Shown one piece after another: positions 28,265 to 38,277 of a stretch of 47,876 bases of DNA; position 1 is the first letter of the stretch, and each line of letters opens with the position of its first letter. This stretch comes from an uncultured Verrucomicrobiota bacterium (GTDB lineage: Bacteria; Verrucomicrobiota; Kiritimatiellia; RFP12; UBA1067): assembly GCA_946544115.1 (NCBI GenBank), contig CAMNLW010000003.1, positions 1 through 47,876 of the forward strand, given 5' to 3'. Under the pieces are notes generated by a model. It did not search any database. It was not told the origin of the DNA and saw only the letters and a list, made by a program, of their open reading frames with translations. Made by a program: the position numbers and the translations under genes.

Positions 28265-29548
28265 ATGAACAGACTAGCTAGACAGCTCAATGAAACGCTA
28301 GGCGACGCCTCGGCGTTTCTTTCTGCACCGGGCCGCCGCATGTATTTCCCCTACGGCGGAATACTTGGCCAGGGCGCGGAGGCCAAGGCGTGCGAAATCA
28401 ACGCGACCATCGGCATGGCTTTCGAGGAGGACGGCTCCCCGCTCGTCATGGATTGCTTCAAGAAGAACGTCGGTCTTGACAAGAAGGCGTTCCTCTACGC
28501 GGGAAGCTTCGGCCTGCCGAAACTGCGCGAAGTGTGGAGGGCGATGGAGTTCAAGAAGAACCCGTCGCTCAAGGGAAAAACATTCTCCAACCCCGTCGTG
28601 ACGAACGCGCTCACCCACGGCCTCAGGGTCGCGGCGGAGCTTTTCGCCGGCCCGCGCGACGAGCTCGTCATCCCCGACCTCTACTGGGACAACTACGAGC
28701 TCATATTCAAGGAGGCCGTCGGCTGCAAGGTGCGCAAGTTCAACACTTTCAAGAACGGGGCGTTCGACGCCGATGCGCTTCGCGCCGCGCTTCTCGCGCC
28801 CGGCGAAAAGAAGCTTCTCGTGCTCAACTTCCCGAACAACCCGACGGGCTACACCGCGACGCTCGAGGACGCGCCGCGTATCGTCGCCGCCGTGAAAGCC
28901 GCTGCGGAGAAGGGCCGGCGCATAGTCGTCATCCTGGACGACGCGTATTTCGGGCTCGTCTATGAAAAGGGCGTGCACAACGAATCTCTCTTCGCCGAAT
29001 TCTGCGACCTCGACGAACGCGTCCTCGCCGTGAAGCTCGACGGCACGACAAAAGAGGATTACGTGTGGGGGCTTCGCGTCGGCTTCATGTCGTTCGCGTT
29101 CAAGGGCGCGACCGAGGCGCAGCTCAAGGCGCTCGAGGCGAAGGCCGCGGGCGACGTTCGAAGTTCGATCTCCAACTCCTCGTCGCTCGGCGAGCATCTT
29201 GCGATCGCCGCATACGCCGACCCTGGATACGCGCGCCAGAAGCGTGAAAAATACAGCGTGCTCAAGAGCCGCTACTGCGAGATAAAACGCGTGCTCAAGA
29301 GCCACCCCGAATATGAAGGCCTCTTCAAGGCGATGCCGTTCAACTCGGGCTACTTCATGTGCGTGAAGCCGGTCGGCGTCGATGCCGAGAGGTTGCGCCG
29401 CCACCTGATAGAGAAGTATTCAACGGGGACGATAGTGCTCTCCGGCCTTTTGCGCCTCGCTTTCTCAACCGTTCCGAAGGCCAGGCTCGCGAAGCTTTTC
29501 GCGAATATCGCCGCCGCAGTTGAAGACCTCAGAGACAGAACCGCCTGA
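28265..29548 (+). CDS. PLP-dependent aminotransferase class I/II
   Basis: LNFPNNPTGY, LDDAY, K.DG.TKE..VWGLRVG, FNSGYF. Confidence 0.9.
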   Translation: MNRLARQLNETLGDASAFLSAPGRRMYFPYGGILGQGAEAKACEINATIGMAFEEDGSPLVMDCFKKNVGLDKKAFLYAGSFGLPKLREVWRAMEFKKNPSLKGKTFSNPVVTNALTHGLRVAAELFAGPRDELVIPDLYWDNYELIFKEAVGCKVRKFNTFKNGAFDADALRAALLAPGEKKLLVLNFPNNPTGYTATLEDAPRIVAAVKAAAEKGRRIVVILDDAYFGLVYEKGVHNESLFAEFCDLDERVLAVKLDGTTKEDYVWGLRVGFMSFAFKGATEAQLKALEAKAAGDVRSSISNSSSLGEHLAIAAYADPGYARQKREKYSVLKSRYCEIKRVLKSHPEYEGLFKAMPFNSGYFMCVKPVGVDAERLRRHLIEKYSTGTIVLSGLLRLAFSTVPKARLAKLFANIAAAVEDLRDRTA

Positions 29549-29572
29549 ACAGGCAGAAAGGAACCCCCCGCC

Positions 29573-31180
29573 ATGAAGAAACTCACGACAGCCCTCGCCT
29601 GCGCGGTCGCGCTTGCGTCTTCGGCCGCCACATGGGAGCGCGTCGGCTCGCTGCAGGTCGCCGGGACCGACGGCCTCGTCGCCGCGGTCGCCAAGATAGG
29701 CGAGATAAGCGGCAACCAGATGTTCGGCGTTATGGCCGCGTCGCAGGTCCCTCAGTTGCCGGGAAGCGATTTCTTCGGTCCGATGCGCCAGGGCGCGTCG
29801 ATGTCGTTCGCCCTCTTTCTTGACGCAGAGGCGCTCGGCAAGGCCGCGGGCGGCGGTGAAAAGGAACTGGACGGTCTCGACGACGTTCTAGAATACGCGC
29901 TCGTGTACCCGATGGCGCTCCCGAAGGAGGAGTTCGTCAAGATGCACGAAGGTGCGATCGAGACGAACGGGATGGTGCGTGTGAAAGGGTCGCCGTTCGA
30001 TGCCGGCGACGACAGCTTCACATACATCGCCTTCTCGAAGAACGGCAGGTGGGCCGCGGCCAGCGACAAGCCCGGGCAGGTCGCGCTCGCGCTGGCGGAT
30101 GTTTCACAGCTCGTGAAGCCCATGAAGGGCGATGTCGTGCGCTTCGAGATGCTTCCCAGGGCGATGGAACTCCTCTCGCCTGTTTTTGACGCGGCGGTGA
30201 AGAAGCTTGCCGCAGAAAAGGGAGAATGCCCTTTGAGCGCAGAGGATATAGAACTCGCAAAAGGCCTTTCGTCTGCGAAGGGCGCGATTCGCGTCGGCGA
30301 TGCAGGAATCGACATGTATGGCGAGTACAAGGCTCTGCCGGGTTCGGCGCTGGCCAGGCTCGGCACGGCTCCTTTCGGCGCGGCGCCTTTCGCCGGCGCT
30401 GCGGCGGACGAACTCGTCTCCTCGGAGAGCGTCTTCCAGAAGATCGACGCAGAGAGCGTCTGGAAGGCTGTTTCGGCGGTTCTTGCGAAGTACAAGATCG
30501 ATACGTCGTCGTTCCTGAAGCTTACGTTCGGCAGAGCCTCGCGCCTTGAGCTGGACCCTGCCGCCCTCGTCGCGTGGAGTAGGTCCGCCGCGACAAACGA
30601 ACTCGCTGGCGTGGACTTCGACAATCTTGACGACGACCTCGCCGCTGCGCTCTCGGCGCAGAAGAGCCGCCGCCTCCCTGCGACGGAGAAGGAGAGCGTC
30701 GGCGTCGCGATCACCGGCTTCAAGCCGCAGTTCACCCCGTCGCAGCGTTTCGCCGCGACGCTTCCCGAAACCGTCGGCGCTAACTTCGTCGCGGCGTCGG
30801 TCATGTCGCTTTCGGGCATCGTGCAGGCGACAACCCCGGCGATTCTCTCTTCGCTCGACGAAGCGGCGCGCGCGTCGGTCGCGCCTGTCGCGCCGCTTCT
30901 GCCGCAACCCGCGCGCAATGTTGAGCGGCGTCTGGCCGCGTCGGTCGCGCCGCTTCTGCCAAAGGAGACAAAAGGCGGGCTCGCCTCGGCCTACATGCGC
31001 GTCGATGACGTGACGGTCAAGGGCATATGCCGCATTTCGGCGGACGAGATAAAGAGCGTCGGCGTGAGCATCGGCGCAATCGCAGCCATGGCGATGATGA
31101 ACGGCGGCGCCTCGACAGGCGGTTCGGTAGAGATAGACGAAGACGAGGACGGCGAAGACGACGACAAGGATGAAGATTGA
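29573..31180 (+). CDS. Secreted hypothetical protein with acidic C-terminal tail
   Basis: GAAAGGAA RBS; signal peptide MKKLTTALACAVALASSA; host-like codon usage; no family recognised. Confidence 0.7.
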   Translation: MKKLTTALACAVALASSAATWERVGSLQVAGTDGLVAAVAKIGEISGNQMFGVMAASQVPQLPGSDFFGPMRQGASMSFALFLDAEALGKAAGGGEKELDGLDDVLEYALVYPMALPKEEFVKMHEGAIETNGMVRVKGSPFDAGDDSFTYIAFSKNGRWAAASDKPGQVALALADVSQLVKPMKGDVVRFEMLPRAMELLSPVFDAAVKKLAAEKGECPLSAEDIELAKGLSSAKGAIRVGDAGIDMYGEYKALPGSALARLGTAPFGAAPFAGAAADELVSSESVFQKIDAESVWKAVSAVLAKYKIDTSSFLKLTFGRASRLELDPAALVAWSRSAATNELAGVDFDNLDDDLAAALSAQKSRRLPATEKESVGVAITGFKPQFTPSQRFAATLPETVGANFVAASVMSLSGIVQATTPAILSSLDEAARASVAPVAPLLPQPARNVERRLAASVAPLLPKETKGGLASAYMRVDDVTVKGICRISADEIKSVGVSIGAIAAMAMMNGGASTGGSVEIDEDEDGEDDDKDED

Positions 31181-31997
31181 GGCGTTCGCCAAAGTCAACC
31201 TCACCCTTGAGGTGCTCGGAGTGCGTGAAGACGGTTTTCACGCGCTCCGTTCCATTGTCGCGCCGGTGTCTCTTTCGGATACCGTCCGCGTGGAGCCTGC
31301 GGAGGCTCTTTCGAGCGACGCAGGTTTTGCCGACGACCTCTGTCTCAAGGCGGCCCGCGCTCTCGACCCGTCTCGCGGCGCGGCGATAAGCGTCGTCAAG
31401 CGCATACCCGTCGGCGGAGGGCTTGGCGGCGGCAGCTCCGACGCCGCCGCGACGCTTCTCGCGCTTAACGGAGTATGGAATCTCGGTTTGTCGCGCGAAG
31501 AGCTCGCGGCCGTCGGCGCGACGGTCGGCTCTGATGTGCCGGCGCTTGTCTTCGGCGGCCCGGTCCTCATGGAAGGACGTGGCGAAAAGGTTTCGCCGTT
31601 TCGCTTGGATGGCGCGTCTTTCCCGCGACTCGACCTCGTTCTGTGCAATCCGGGCGTCCCCAGTTCGACGCGTGAAGTCTACGCAGGCTGCATGTCGCGC
31701 GTGACAAGCGGCCCCTCAATAGTGTATAATATGCGCAAAGCCCTTGAAAGCGGCGACCTCGAAAGGATCGCCGCGTCGATGGTGAACGACCTGCAGGAAA
31801 GCGCGGTTCGTCTTCACCCGGAGATCGGCGGCGCGCTGGAACTCTTGAAAAAGTCTGGCGCGGTCGGTTCGGCGGTGAGCGGCAGCGGCTCGACTGTGTT
31901 CGGTCTCGTCCCGGATGAAGCGCGGGGACGTGAAATAGCGGCGTTTCTGGAAAGCCAGGGCCTGGCGGCCTGGACGGTCCACACGATTGTCCCGTGA
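31170..31997 (+). CDS. ispE: 4-(cytidine 5'-diphospho)-2-C-methyl-D-erythritol kinase
   Basis: AKVNLTL, KRIPVGGGLGGGSSDAA, GSDVP, NDL, SGSGSTVFG. Confidence 0.95.
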   Translation: MKIEAFAKVNLTLEVLGVREDGFHALRSIVAPVSLSDTVRVEPAEALSSDAGFADDLCLKAARALDPSRGAAISVVKRIPVGGGLGGGSSDAAATLLALNGVWNLGLSREELAAVGATVGSDVPALVFGGPVLMEGRGEKVSPFRLDGASFPRLDLVLCNPGVPSSTREVYAGCMSRVTSGPSIVYNMRKALESGDLERIAASMVNDLQESAVRLHPEIGGALELLKKSGAVGSAVSGSGSTVFGLVPDEARGREIAAFLESQGLAAWTVHTIVP

Positions 31998-32061
31998 TGT
32001 AATGGCAGCATAGGAGGTTTTGATCCTCTTCGAGGTGGTTCGAATCCACCCGGGACAACCA
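31988..32061 (+). tRNA. tRNA-Gln (anticodon TTG)
   Basis: Acceptor stem TGTCCCG/CGGGACA, discriminator A, encoded CCA; anticodon arm GGAGG-TT TTG AT-CCTCT; T arm GGTGG-TTCGAAT-CCACC. Confidence 0.95.
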
Positions 32062-32084
32062 GTCCGTCGCGAAAGCCGCAGGAC

Positions 32085-33218
32085 ATGACAGACGAAAAGG
32101 AAAGAGAGATGATTCGCAGCATGACAGGCGATGACAGAGGAATGTGCGTGAGCAGAGTCTTTACCGCCTGCGCGGCGGCGATGCTGGCGCTCGGCGGATG
32201 GGCGGCGGTTCCGCCGGGAGCGGTGAACATCGCGGAATTCGTGGCGGCGGACGGGAAGACCGATGTCGCCGACGCCCTGCAGCGCGTCATCGACGGCAAT
32301 CCAAACCGGACGCTCTACTTCCCCGACGGCGTATATCTCATCTCTAAGCCTGTCTGCACACCGGCGCATCCCAGTCGCAGCGTGGACCTGCAGCTGTCGA
32401 ACTACGCCGTCATAAAGGCCGCGCCCGGCTGGTCCCACAGCGAGGCTATGATTCGTCTGGGCGGAATCCACCCCGCTAACGACATCCGCACCGTCGGCAG
32501 CTGCTACTCTCTCACAGGCGGCGTCATCGACGGGTGCGGCGTCGCGAACGGCGTGTCGATAGACTCTGGCCGCGAGACAAAGGTTCGCAATGTGTCGATG
32601 AAAGGCGTCCACGTCGGTCTGCACATCAAGCACGGCGCGAACAACAATTCGTCCGATTGCGACATAGCCGACGTCAACATCGTCGGCGACCGCAAGCCCG
32701 GCTCGACGGGCGTTTTCATAGAGTCGTGCGACAACACATTGACGAATATGCGCATCGCCGACGTGCAGACCGGCGTGAAGATAACGCGCAGCGGCGGCGG
32801 CAATCTCATGTCGAATATCCACCCGCTCTGCACAGTCCCTGGCGACCAGTACGACGAGAGCGTAGGCTTTGCGGACGACTCCTGGAACAGCGTCTATCAC
32901 ATGTGCTACAGCGACCACTTCTCGACCGGATTTCTGTTCGGCAGGAATGCGAACGGAACGGTGATGGACGCGTGCATAGTGTACTGGTATTCTCCGTCGA
33001 AGGGGCGCCGCCACACTGCGGTGCGGTGCGACGGCCGGTTCCGTGCGCAGATAGCGAACATGATGATAGGGTTCAACGGAACCGAAGCCGTGAACACGGT
33101 GCTCGCCGTCGGCGAGACCGGCGGCAAGGGCTATCTGCGCGATCCTCGCCTAAACGGCAGGCTCCTTCGCGCCGACGACCTCACCTTTCGCGAATACCTC
33201 CAAGGCGAGATACACTGA
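32085..33218 (+). CDS. Secreted right-handed beta-helix protein (pectate lyase 3 / GH28-like fold); start uncertain (32085-32142)
   Basis: VNIAEF.AADGKTDVADALQRVID....TLYFPDGVYLISKP N-terminal motif, followed by beta-helix-type repeats; signal-peptide-like segment. Confidence 0.75.
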   Translation: MTDEKEREMIRSMTGDDRGMCVSRVFTACAAAMLALGGWAAVPPGAVNIAEFVAADGKTDVADALQRVIDGNPNRTLYFPDGVYLISKPVCTPAHPSRSVDLQLSNYAVIKAAPGWSHSEAMIRLGGIHPANDIRTVGSCYSLTGGVIDGCGVANGVSIDSGRETKVRNVSMKGVHVGLHIKHGANNNSSDCDIADVNIVGDRKPGSTGVFIESCDNTLTNMRIADVQTGVKITRSGGGNLMSNIHPLCTVPGDQYDESVGFADDSWNSVYHMCYSDHFSTGFLFGRNANGTVMDACIVYWYSPSKGRRHTAVRCDGRFRAQIANMMIGFNGTEAVNTVLAVGETGGKGYLRDPRLNGRLLRADDLTFREYLQGEIH

Positions 33219-33280
33219 CTCCACACCCCTGGAATCCATCAGCCATTGCCCAGACTTTGGCAACATTCAACGCCGATATT

Positions 33281-33289
33281 TGGTATAAT
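33281..33289 (+). promoter_or_regulatory. Extended -10 (TGGTATAAT) before proS
   Basis: Consensus motif; ATG 8 nt downstream; no SD. Confidence 0.65.
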
Positions 33290-33297
33290 ATTCCATC

Positions 33298-35016
33298 ATG
33301 AAATGGACTAAGACTCTTGTACAGACGCTCAGGGAGGACCCGGGCGACGCTGAAATCGATTCTCACAAGCTGCTCGTCAGGGCCGGCCTTGTCCGCAAGG
33401 TCGCAGGCGGGTTGTATGCCTATCTGCCGCTCGGGATGCGCACTCTGCGCAAGATACAGCAGATCGTCCGCGAGGAGATGGACCGCGCTGGCGCGCTTGA
33501 AGTCGTGACGCCCGTTCTGCAGCCCTCCGAGCTGTGGCGCACAACGGGGCGGTGGGACACGATGGGTCCGAACATGTTCAAGGTCAAGGACCGCGGCGAG
33601 CACGATTTCGCGCTCGGACCCACCGCCGAGGAGGTGTTCACCGACCTCGCCAAGGGCGTCGTGAGCTCCTACCGTCAGCTGCCGCTCACGATATACCAGA
33701 TACAGTGGAAGTTCCGCGACGAGACGCGTCCGCGCTTCGGGCTCATGCGCTCGAAGGAGTTTCTCATGAAGGACGCGTATTCGTTCGATGTCGACGCGGA
33801 AGGGGCGGACAGGAGCTACTGGAACATGTATCACGCCTACGAGCGCATATTTTCGCGCTGCGGGCTCAAGGCCGTGCCTGTCCAGGCGGACGGCGGCGAC
33901 ATGGGCGACAGCCTCACTCACGAGTTCCACGTTCTCGCCGACGCCGGCGAGGACGGTATTGCATGGTGCGAAGGGTGCGGCTACGCGGCGAACCTCGAAA
34001 AGGCCGAGCGCAGGGCTGATGGCGCGGCGGCGTGTGCGCCGCAGTGCGCGGCGTTCTCCGAGGTGGCGACGCCCGGCGCGAAGACGATAGAGCAGGTCGC
34101 GGCGTTCATGAATCTGCCGCCGGAGGCGTTCGTGAAGTCGCTCGTCTACGTCGCCGACGGCAGGCCGGTGATGGTGTGTGTGCCCGGCGACCGCGACGTG
34201 AACGATGTCAAACTCAAGCGTTTCCTTGGCGCGAAGACGCTCGCACTCGCCGATTTCGACACAGTTCTCGCGGCGACAGGCGCGAACGCGGGATCCGTCG
34301 GGCCGGTCAAGCCTGCGGATGCGTCGCTGCGCATCGTGGCCGACGCGTCGCTCAAGGGCGCGACGGGCCGCATCGTCGGCGCGAACAAAGACGGCTTCCA
34401 CCTGCGCGACGTCGATCTCGCGCGCGACACGTTCCTGAAGGACGGCGACTTCGCCGATCTCATCGTGGTCAAGGAAGGCGACACCTGCCCGCACTGCGGG
34501 AAGCCTATCGTCATCAAGCGCGGCATCGAGGTGGGCCAGGTCTTCAAACTCGGCACCAAGTATTCCGGCGCGTTCAAGGCGAACTACAAGAACGACAGGC
34601 TTGAAGAGAAGACGATGATCATGGGATGCTACGGCGTGGGCGTGAGCCGCACGCTGCAGGCGATCATAGAGCAGAGCCACGACGCGAACGGGATCGTGTG
34701 GCCTGCCGCGGTCGCTCCCTACCAGGTCGTCATAGAACTTCTCGACCCTGCCGACGCATCGGTCGCGAAGGTCGCGGACGATCTGGAAGCCGCGCTGGAG
34801 GCCGCCGGGGTGGACGTGATCGTCGACGATCGCGCCGAGCGCCCCGGCGTCAAATTCAAGGATGCGGACCTCATCGGCTTCCCTGTGCGCGTCGTCGCGG
34901 GCGCGAAAGGGCTTGCAAACGGCGGGGTCGAAGTGAAGCGCCGCAGCGAGGACAAGTCGATGACCCGGGTCGTCGCGCCGGAGGCGGCGGTCGAGACGGT
35001 GATGTCGCTTCTCTGA
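33298..35016 (+). CDS. proS: Proline--tRNA ligase (bacterial type with editing insertion)
   Basis: SHKLLVRAG, LGPTAEE, KFRDETRPRFGLMRSKEFLMKDAYSF, GIEVGQVFKLGTKYS, MGCYGVGVSR, DDR.ERPGVKFKDADLIGFP. Confidence 0.97.
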   Translation: MKWTKTLVQTLREDPGDAEIDSHKLLVRAGLVRKVAGGLYAYLPLGMRTLRKIQQIVREEMDRAGALEVVTPVLQPSELWRTTGRWDTMGPNMFKVKDRGEHDFALGPTAEEVFTDLAKGVVSSYRQLPLTIYQIQWKFRDETRPRFGLMRSKEFLMKDAYSFDVDAEGADRSYWNMYHAYERIFSRCGLKAVPVQADGGDMGDSLTHEFHVLADAGEDGIAWCEGCGYAANLEKAERRADGAAACAPQCAAFSEVATPGAKTIEQVAAFMNLPPEAFVKSLVYVADGRPVMVCVPGDRDVNDVKLKRFLGAKTLALADFDTVLAATGANAGSVGPVKPADASLRIVADASLKGATGRIVGANKDGFHLRDVDLARDTFLKDGDFADLIVVKEGDTCPHCGKPIVIKRGIEVGQVFKLGTKYSGAFKANYKNDRLEEKTMIMGCYGVGVSRTLQAIIEQSHDANGIVWPAAVAPYQVVIELLDPADASVAKVADDLEAALEAAGVDVIVDDRAERPGVKFKDADLIGFPVRVVAGAKGLANGGVEVKRRSEDKSMTRVVAPEAAVETVMSLL

Positions 35017-35025
35017 CCCGGCCGC

Positions 35026-35054
35026 TTGCGGGTTTTCGGATTTTATTGTATACT
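35026..35054 (+). promoter_or_regulatory. Sigma70-type promoter for the TPR-ExbB-ExbD operon
   Basis: TTGCGG-N17-TATACT; ATG at 35064. Confidence 0.65.
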
Positions 35055-35063
35055 TACCTCACC

Positions 35064-38000
35064 ATGAGTTCCAAGATTTCATACATTCTGTGTTGCGCGG
35101 CCGTCGCCGCGGCGTCCTTCGCGGCGCTCGCGCAGGAGGCCGGGCCCGCCGCCGAAGAGCCTAAAGTCGACGAGGCGCTTGAAGCCGAAATCGCCTATGT
35201 GGAGGCTCTCATCCAGTTTGGCTACCCCGATTTCGCGGAGCCTGTGATCGCCGCGACGAAGGCCAGGTGGCCGGAGTCGGAGGCGAGGTTCTTCGCGATC
35301 GAGATACGCGGCATGCTGTCGCTCGGCAGGTTCGACGAGGCCGAGCGCAAGATCGCCGCGCTGCCCGACCGCAAGGGCGTGAAGTACTGGGCGGCGAGGC
35401 TTGAGGTGGCCAACAACTACTACGGCCGCGGCTCGGACGGCAAGGCGGAGTGCATGAAGATCTACGACGAGTTCTTCAAGGTGTTCCCCAAGCCTCCCAA
35501 GGAGATTCGCGCGTTCCATTTGAACGCCAGCTACCAGTACGGCCAGCTCCTCTTCCTCGCGAAGCAGTACGCGAAGGCCGCGCAGATATACGAGAACCTT
35601 CTAAAAGAAGTCAAGGACGAAGACTGGTGCGGGGTCGCTTCCGAGACCGTGAAGATATACCTCAAATATGCCGACGAGCTCGCCGATCCCAAGCAGGCCA
35701 AGGAGCGCGGGAAGAACCTCGACGCCGCCGAGAAGATCGTCGACAAGCTTCTTTGGCGTCTCGATCAGCCTGTCTACTTCGGCCAGGCGGTCTCGATGAA
35801 GGCCCATATAGAGGTTATGCGCGGGCAGGTCGCGCGTGCGCAGGAGATCGTAGAGGAGTTCAAGCCCCAGCTTCAGGAGATCCACGACCAGATCGTCAAG
35901 GCCGACCCCGACGGCAAGCTGGGGCTTCTCAAGATTTCACCGCTTCCCGAATGTCTCTACCTCCAGGCGAAGATGCTGTGGGACGAGGCGCAGGCTGAGG
36001 CGAAGAAGCCGAAACCCGACGACGAGCGCATCAAGGGCCTCATGTTCGGCGAGCGCGACAAGCCGGGCGGCAAGCGGAACGGCAAAGGCGCGTTCAACCT
36101 CGCGGTCACCGTGTTTCTCAACTACGAGACCAGCCCGTGGGCCGCGCCGGCGGGCGATCTTTCGGAGGAGGTCAAGGCCTTCGCCGAGCAGAAGTACGGC
36201 GCGAAGATCAAGACCAAGGTCACGCCCGAGCAGATCGCCAAGGTGCGCGCGGCGCAGTTCAAGAACGCCGACGAGAAGCTCGCCTCGGGCGACAGCCTCG
36301 GCGCGATCGCCGACTACTATGCGGTTCTCGCGAAGTATCCCGAGATCGTCGAGTCGGTAGGGGCGATCGCCAACATAGCTTCGACCCTGCAGGATCTCTA
36401 CGCCGAGGAGAAGAACGCCGCCAAGAAGGAGGAGTACCGCACCGACGCCGACGCGATCGAGGGATATCTCGCGGAGCGTTTCGCGGGCAATGCCAACAAG
36501 GTGATCATGACAGAGGCCGGAAACGCGGTGTTCCGTCTGGCGAGCCGCGAGCAGGAGCGTGGCCAGATCGCCCGCGCCGACTGGCTCTACAAGGAGTTCA
36601 TAAGAAACTACACCGCCCATGTCAACGCAGCGGTGCTCGCCGCGAACAAGGCGATGGAGAACCAGAAGGCAGAAAAGTGGCAGGACGCGATAGAGTACTG
36701 GAAGCTCATCGAGGAGAACTACACCAACTCGGCCTCCTACGCGACCGCGCTTTCGCAGATGTCCTACTGCTACGGCAAGCTGGGCGACACGACGAACGAG
36801 ATTGCCTACATAACGAAGTATCTGCCGCTTGAGACTGTGAAGATACGCCGTCTGCAGGCGCAGTTCCAGCTTGCGCAGATGTACAAGAACGACGGCCTTG
36901 CGGTGCTCGACGCGCTCAACAGGGGCGACGAGGGCGCGCCGGTCGAACCCGAGGCGGTGGCTGCCGAGGAGAAGCGCGGCTCGGCCCAGATCATCCGCGC
37001 CATCCAGCAGTTCACCAAGTTCTCCGCCGAGGCCGAGGCCGCCATGAAGGATCCCGCGACCCAGAAGGCCGACGCCGAGAAGTATGCCGAGCTGAGGGAG
37101 GGCGCGATGTTCCTCGTCGGCGCGTGCTGGAGCCGCATCAACCGGCCCGAGGAGAACCTTCCGAAGTACCGCGAGCGCGCGGCGCAGAGCTACGAGGCGT
37201 ATGTCGCGGCGTATCCGAACGGGAACGAGAAATATCTCAAGTCGGCCTACGTGAGCCTCGGCACGATCTACACGGCGCTCGGCGACATGGCGAAGTCCAA
37301 GGACGCGCTCGACCGCCTCTCCCGTCAGTTCCCCGATTCCGACGAGGCCAAGAACGCCAAGCCGCGTCTCGCCAAGAGCCTTATCGAGATGGGGCTAAAG
37401 CGCGAGGGTACCGAGATCTACGCCGAGATGCTGCGCACCGACGGCGCATACACCCCCCAGCAGTTCCTCGCCGCGGGCGAGGCTTTGATAGACGCGAAGA
37501 GCTGGGACTATGCCAACCAGGCGTTCGAGAGGGCGATAAGGCTCGCCGGCACGAACTATCCGACGACCGTCGCGCGTTCGCGTCTCGGCATTGCCAGGAG
37601 CGCCTACAAGCAGGGTTCGCTCGCCGAGGCGCGCGAGGCTCTCGACCAGTTCCTCGCCGATCCCAAGATGTCCAAGATGCTCATCGCGGCGGACGCGAAC
37701 TTCCTGCTCGTGCAGGTCGCGAGCGACCAGGGCCGCACCGAAAAGGACGCGACCATGCGCGGCAAATGCTTCGGCGCGGCGATCGGCGCGCTCAAGAAGG
37801 TGCGCACCTACTGGGCCAAGAAGGAGCCGTGGGAGCAGGCGACGCTCGACCTTCTCTCGGGTGACGTGCTGGTGGACCGCATGAAGGCCGAAGAGTCGAT
37901 GGGGCTTGTCGAGGAGGCGAAGGAGACGTGCGGGCGCGCCGCCGCGACGTTCCAGGTGTTCATCCAGGCGCACGGCGTGATCGAGAGCCACCCGGCCGAC

Positions 38001-38222
38001 AAGATGTCCGCCGGCGAGCTCGCCAACCTAGAGCGCGCCTATGCGTCGATGCTGCCGCTCTTTGTGAAGCAGGGCGCGGTGCAGGCCGACAACGTTCTCA
38101 AGTTCGGCCAAGAGTATCTCGACCTCTTCCCGAACGGAAAGTCGCGCACGGAAGTCGTAAACTGCATGAACGCGGCGCGCGCCGAAGCAACCTCGGCGGC
38201 CCGGCCGCCTGCGGCGGAGTGA
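35064..38222 (+). CDS. Large periplasmic TPR/alpha-solenoid protein (1052 aa)
   Basis: Signal peptide begins at 35064, just after the promoter; all-helical with TPR/outer-membrane-assembly-like repeats (YYAVLAKYP, YEAYVAAYP, LDRLSRQFPDSDEA, YLDLFPNGKSR). Confidence 0.8.
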   Translation: MSSKISYILCCAAVAAASFAALAQEAGPAAEEPKVDEALEAEIAYVEALIQFGYPDFAEPVIAATKARWPESEARFFAIEIRGMLSLGRFDEAERKIAALPDRKGVKYWAARLEVANNYYGRGSDGKAECMKIYDEFFKVFPKPPKEIRAFHLNASYQYGQLLFLAKQYAKAAQIYENLLKEVKDEDWCGVASETVKIYLKYADELADPKQAKERGKNLDAAEKIVDKLLWRLDQPVYFGQAVSMKAHIEVMRGQVARAQEIVEEFKPQLQEIHDQIVKADPDGKLGLLKISPLPECLYLQAKMLWDEAQAEAKKPKPDDERIKGLMFGERDKPGGKRNGKGAFNLAVTVFLNYETSPWAAPAGDLSEEVKAFAEQKYGAKIKTKVTPEQIAKVRAAQFKNADEKLASGDSLGAIADYYAVLAKYPEIVESVGAIANIASTLQDLYAEEKNAAKKEEYRTDADAIEGYLAERFAGNANKVIMTEAGNAVFRLASREQERGQIARADWLYKEFIRNYTAHVNAAVLAANKAMENQKAEKWQDAIEYWKLIEENYTNSASYATALSQMSYCYGKLGDTTNEIAYITKYLPLETVKIRRLQAQFQLAQMYKNDGLAVLDALNRGDEGAPVEPEAVAAEEKRGSAQIIRAIQQFTKFSAEAEAAMKDPATQKADAEKYAELREGAMFLVGACWSRINRPEENLPKYRERAAQSYEAYVAAYPNGNEKYLKSAYVSLGTIYTALGDMAKSKDALDRLSRQFPDSDEAKNAKPRLAKSLIEMGLKREGTEIYAEMLRTDGAYTPQQFLAAGEALIDAKSWDYANQAFERAIRLAGTNYPTTVARSRLGIARSAYKQGSLAEAREALDQFLADPKMSKMLIAADANFLLVQVASDQGRTEKDATMRGKCFGAAIGALKKVRTYWAKKEPWEQATLDLLSGDVLVDRMKAEESMGLVEEAKETCGRAAATFQVFIQAHGVIESHPADKMSAGELANLERAYASMLPLFVKQGAVQADNVLKFGQEYLDLFPNGKSRTEVVNCMNAARAEATSAARPPAAE

Positions 38223-38277
38223 GCGGACGGACGGGACTGAAACAGAAACCTCAAACACATTTCAAGGAGAAAACACA

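Noticed and set aside
31725-31730. TATAAT inside ispE as a tRNA promoter
   Set aside because: About 260 bp from the tRNA, no matching -35, and explainable by coding (VYN).
32062-33218. Genomic island integrated at tRNA-Gln
   Set aside because: No integrase, no duplicated tRNA 3' end, and no strong compositional shift; proS follows directly.
34626-35063. Upstream extensions given by the ORF track (also 13699, 18234, 18737, 20192, 24302, 28187, 44611, 46405)
   Set aside because: They overlap upstream genes or promoters; internal starts match signal peptides, RBSs, stop-start coupling or family N-termini.
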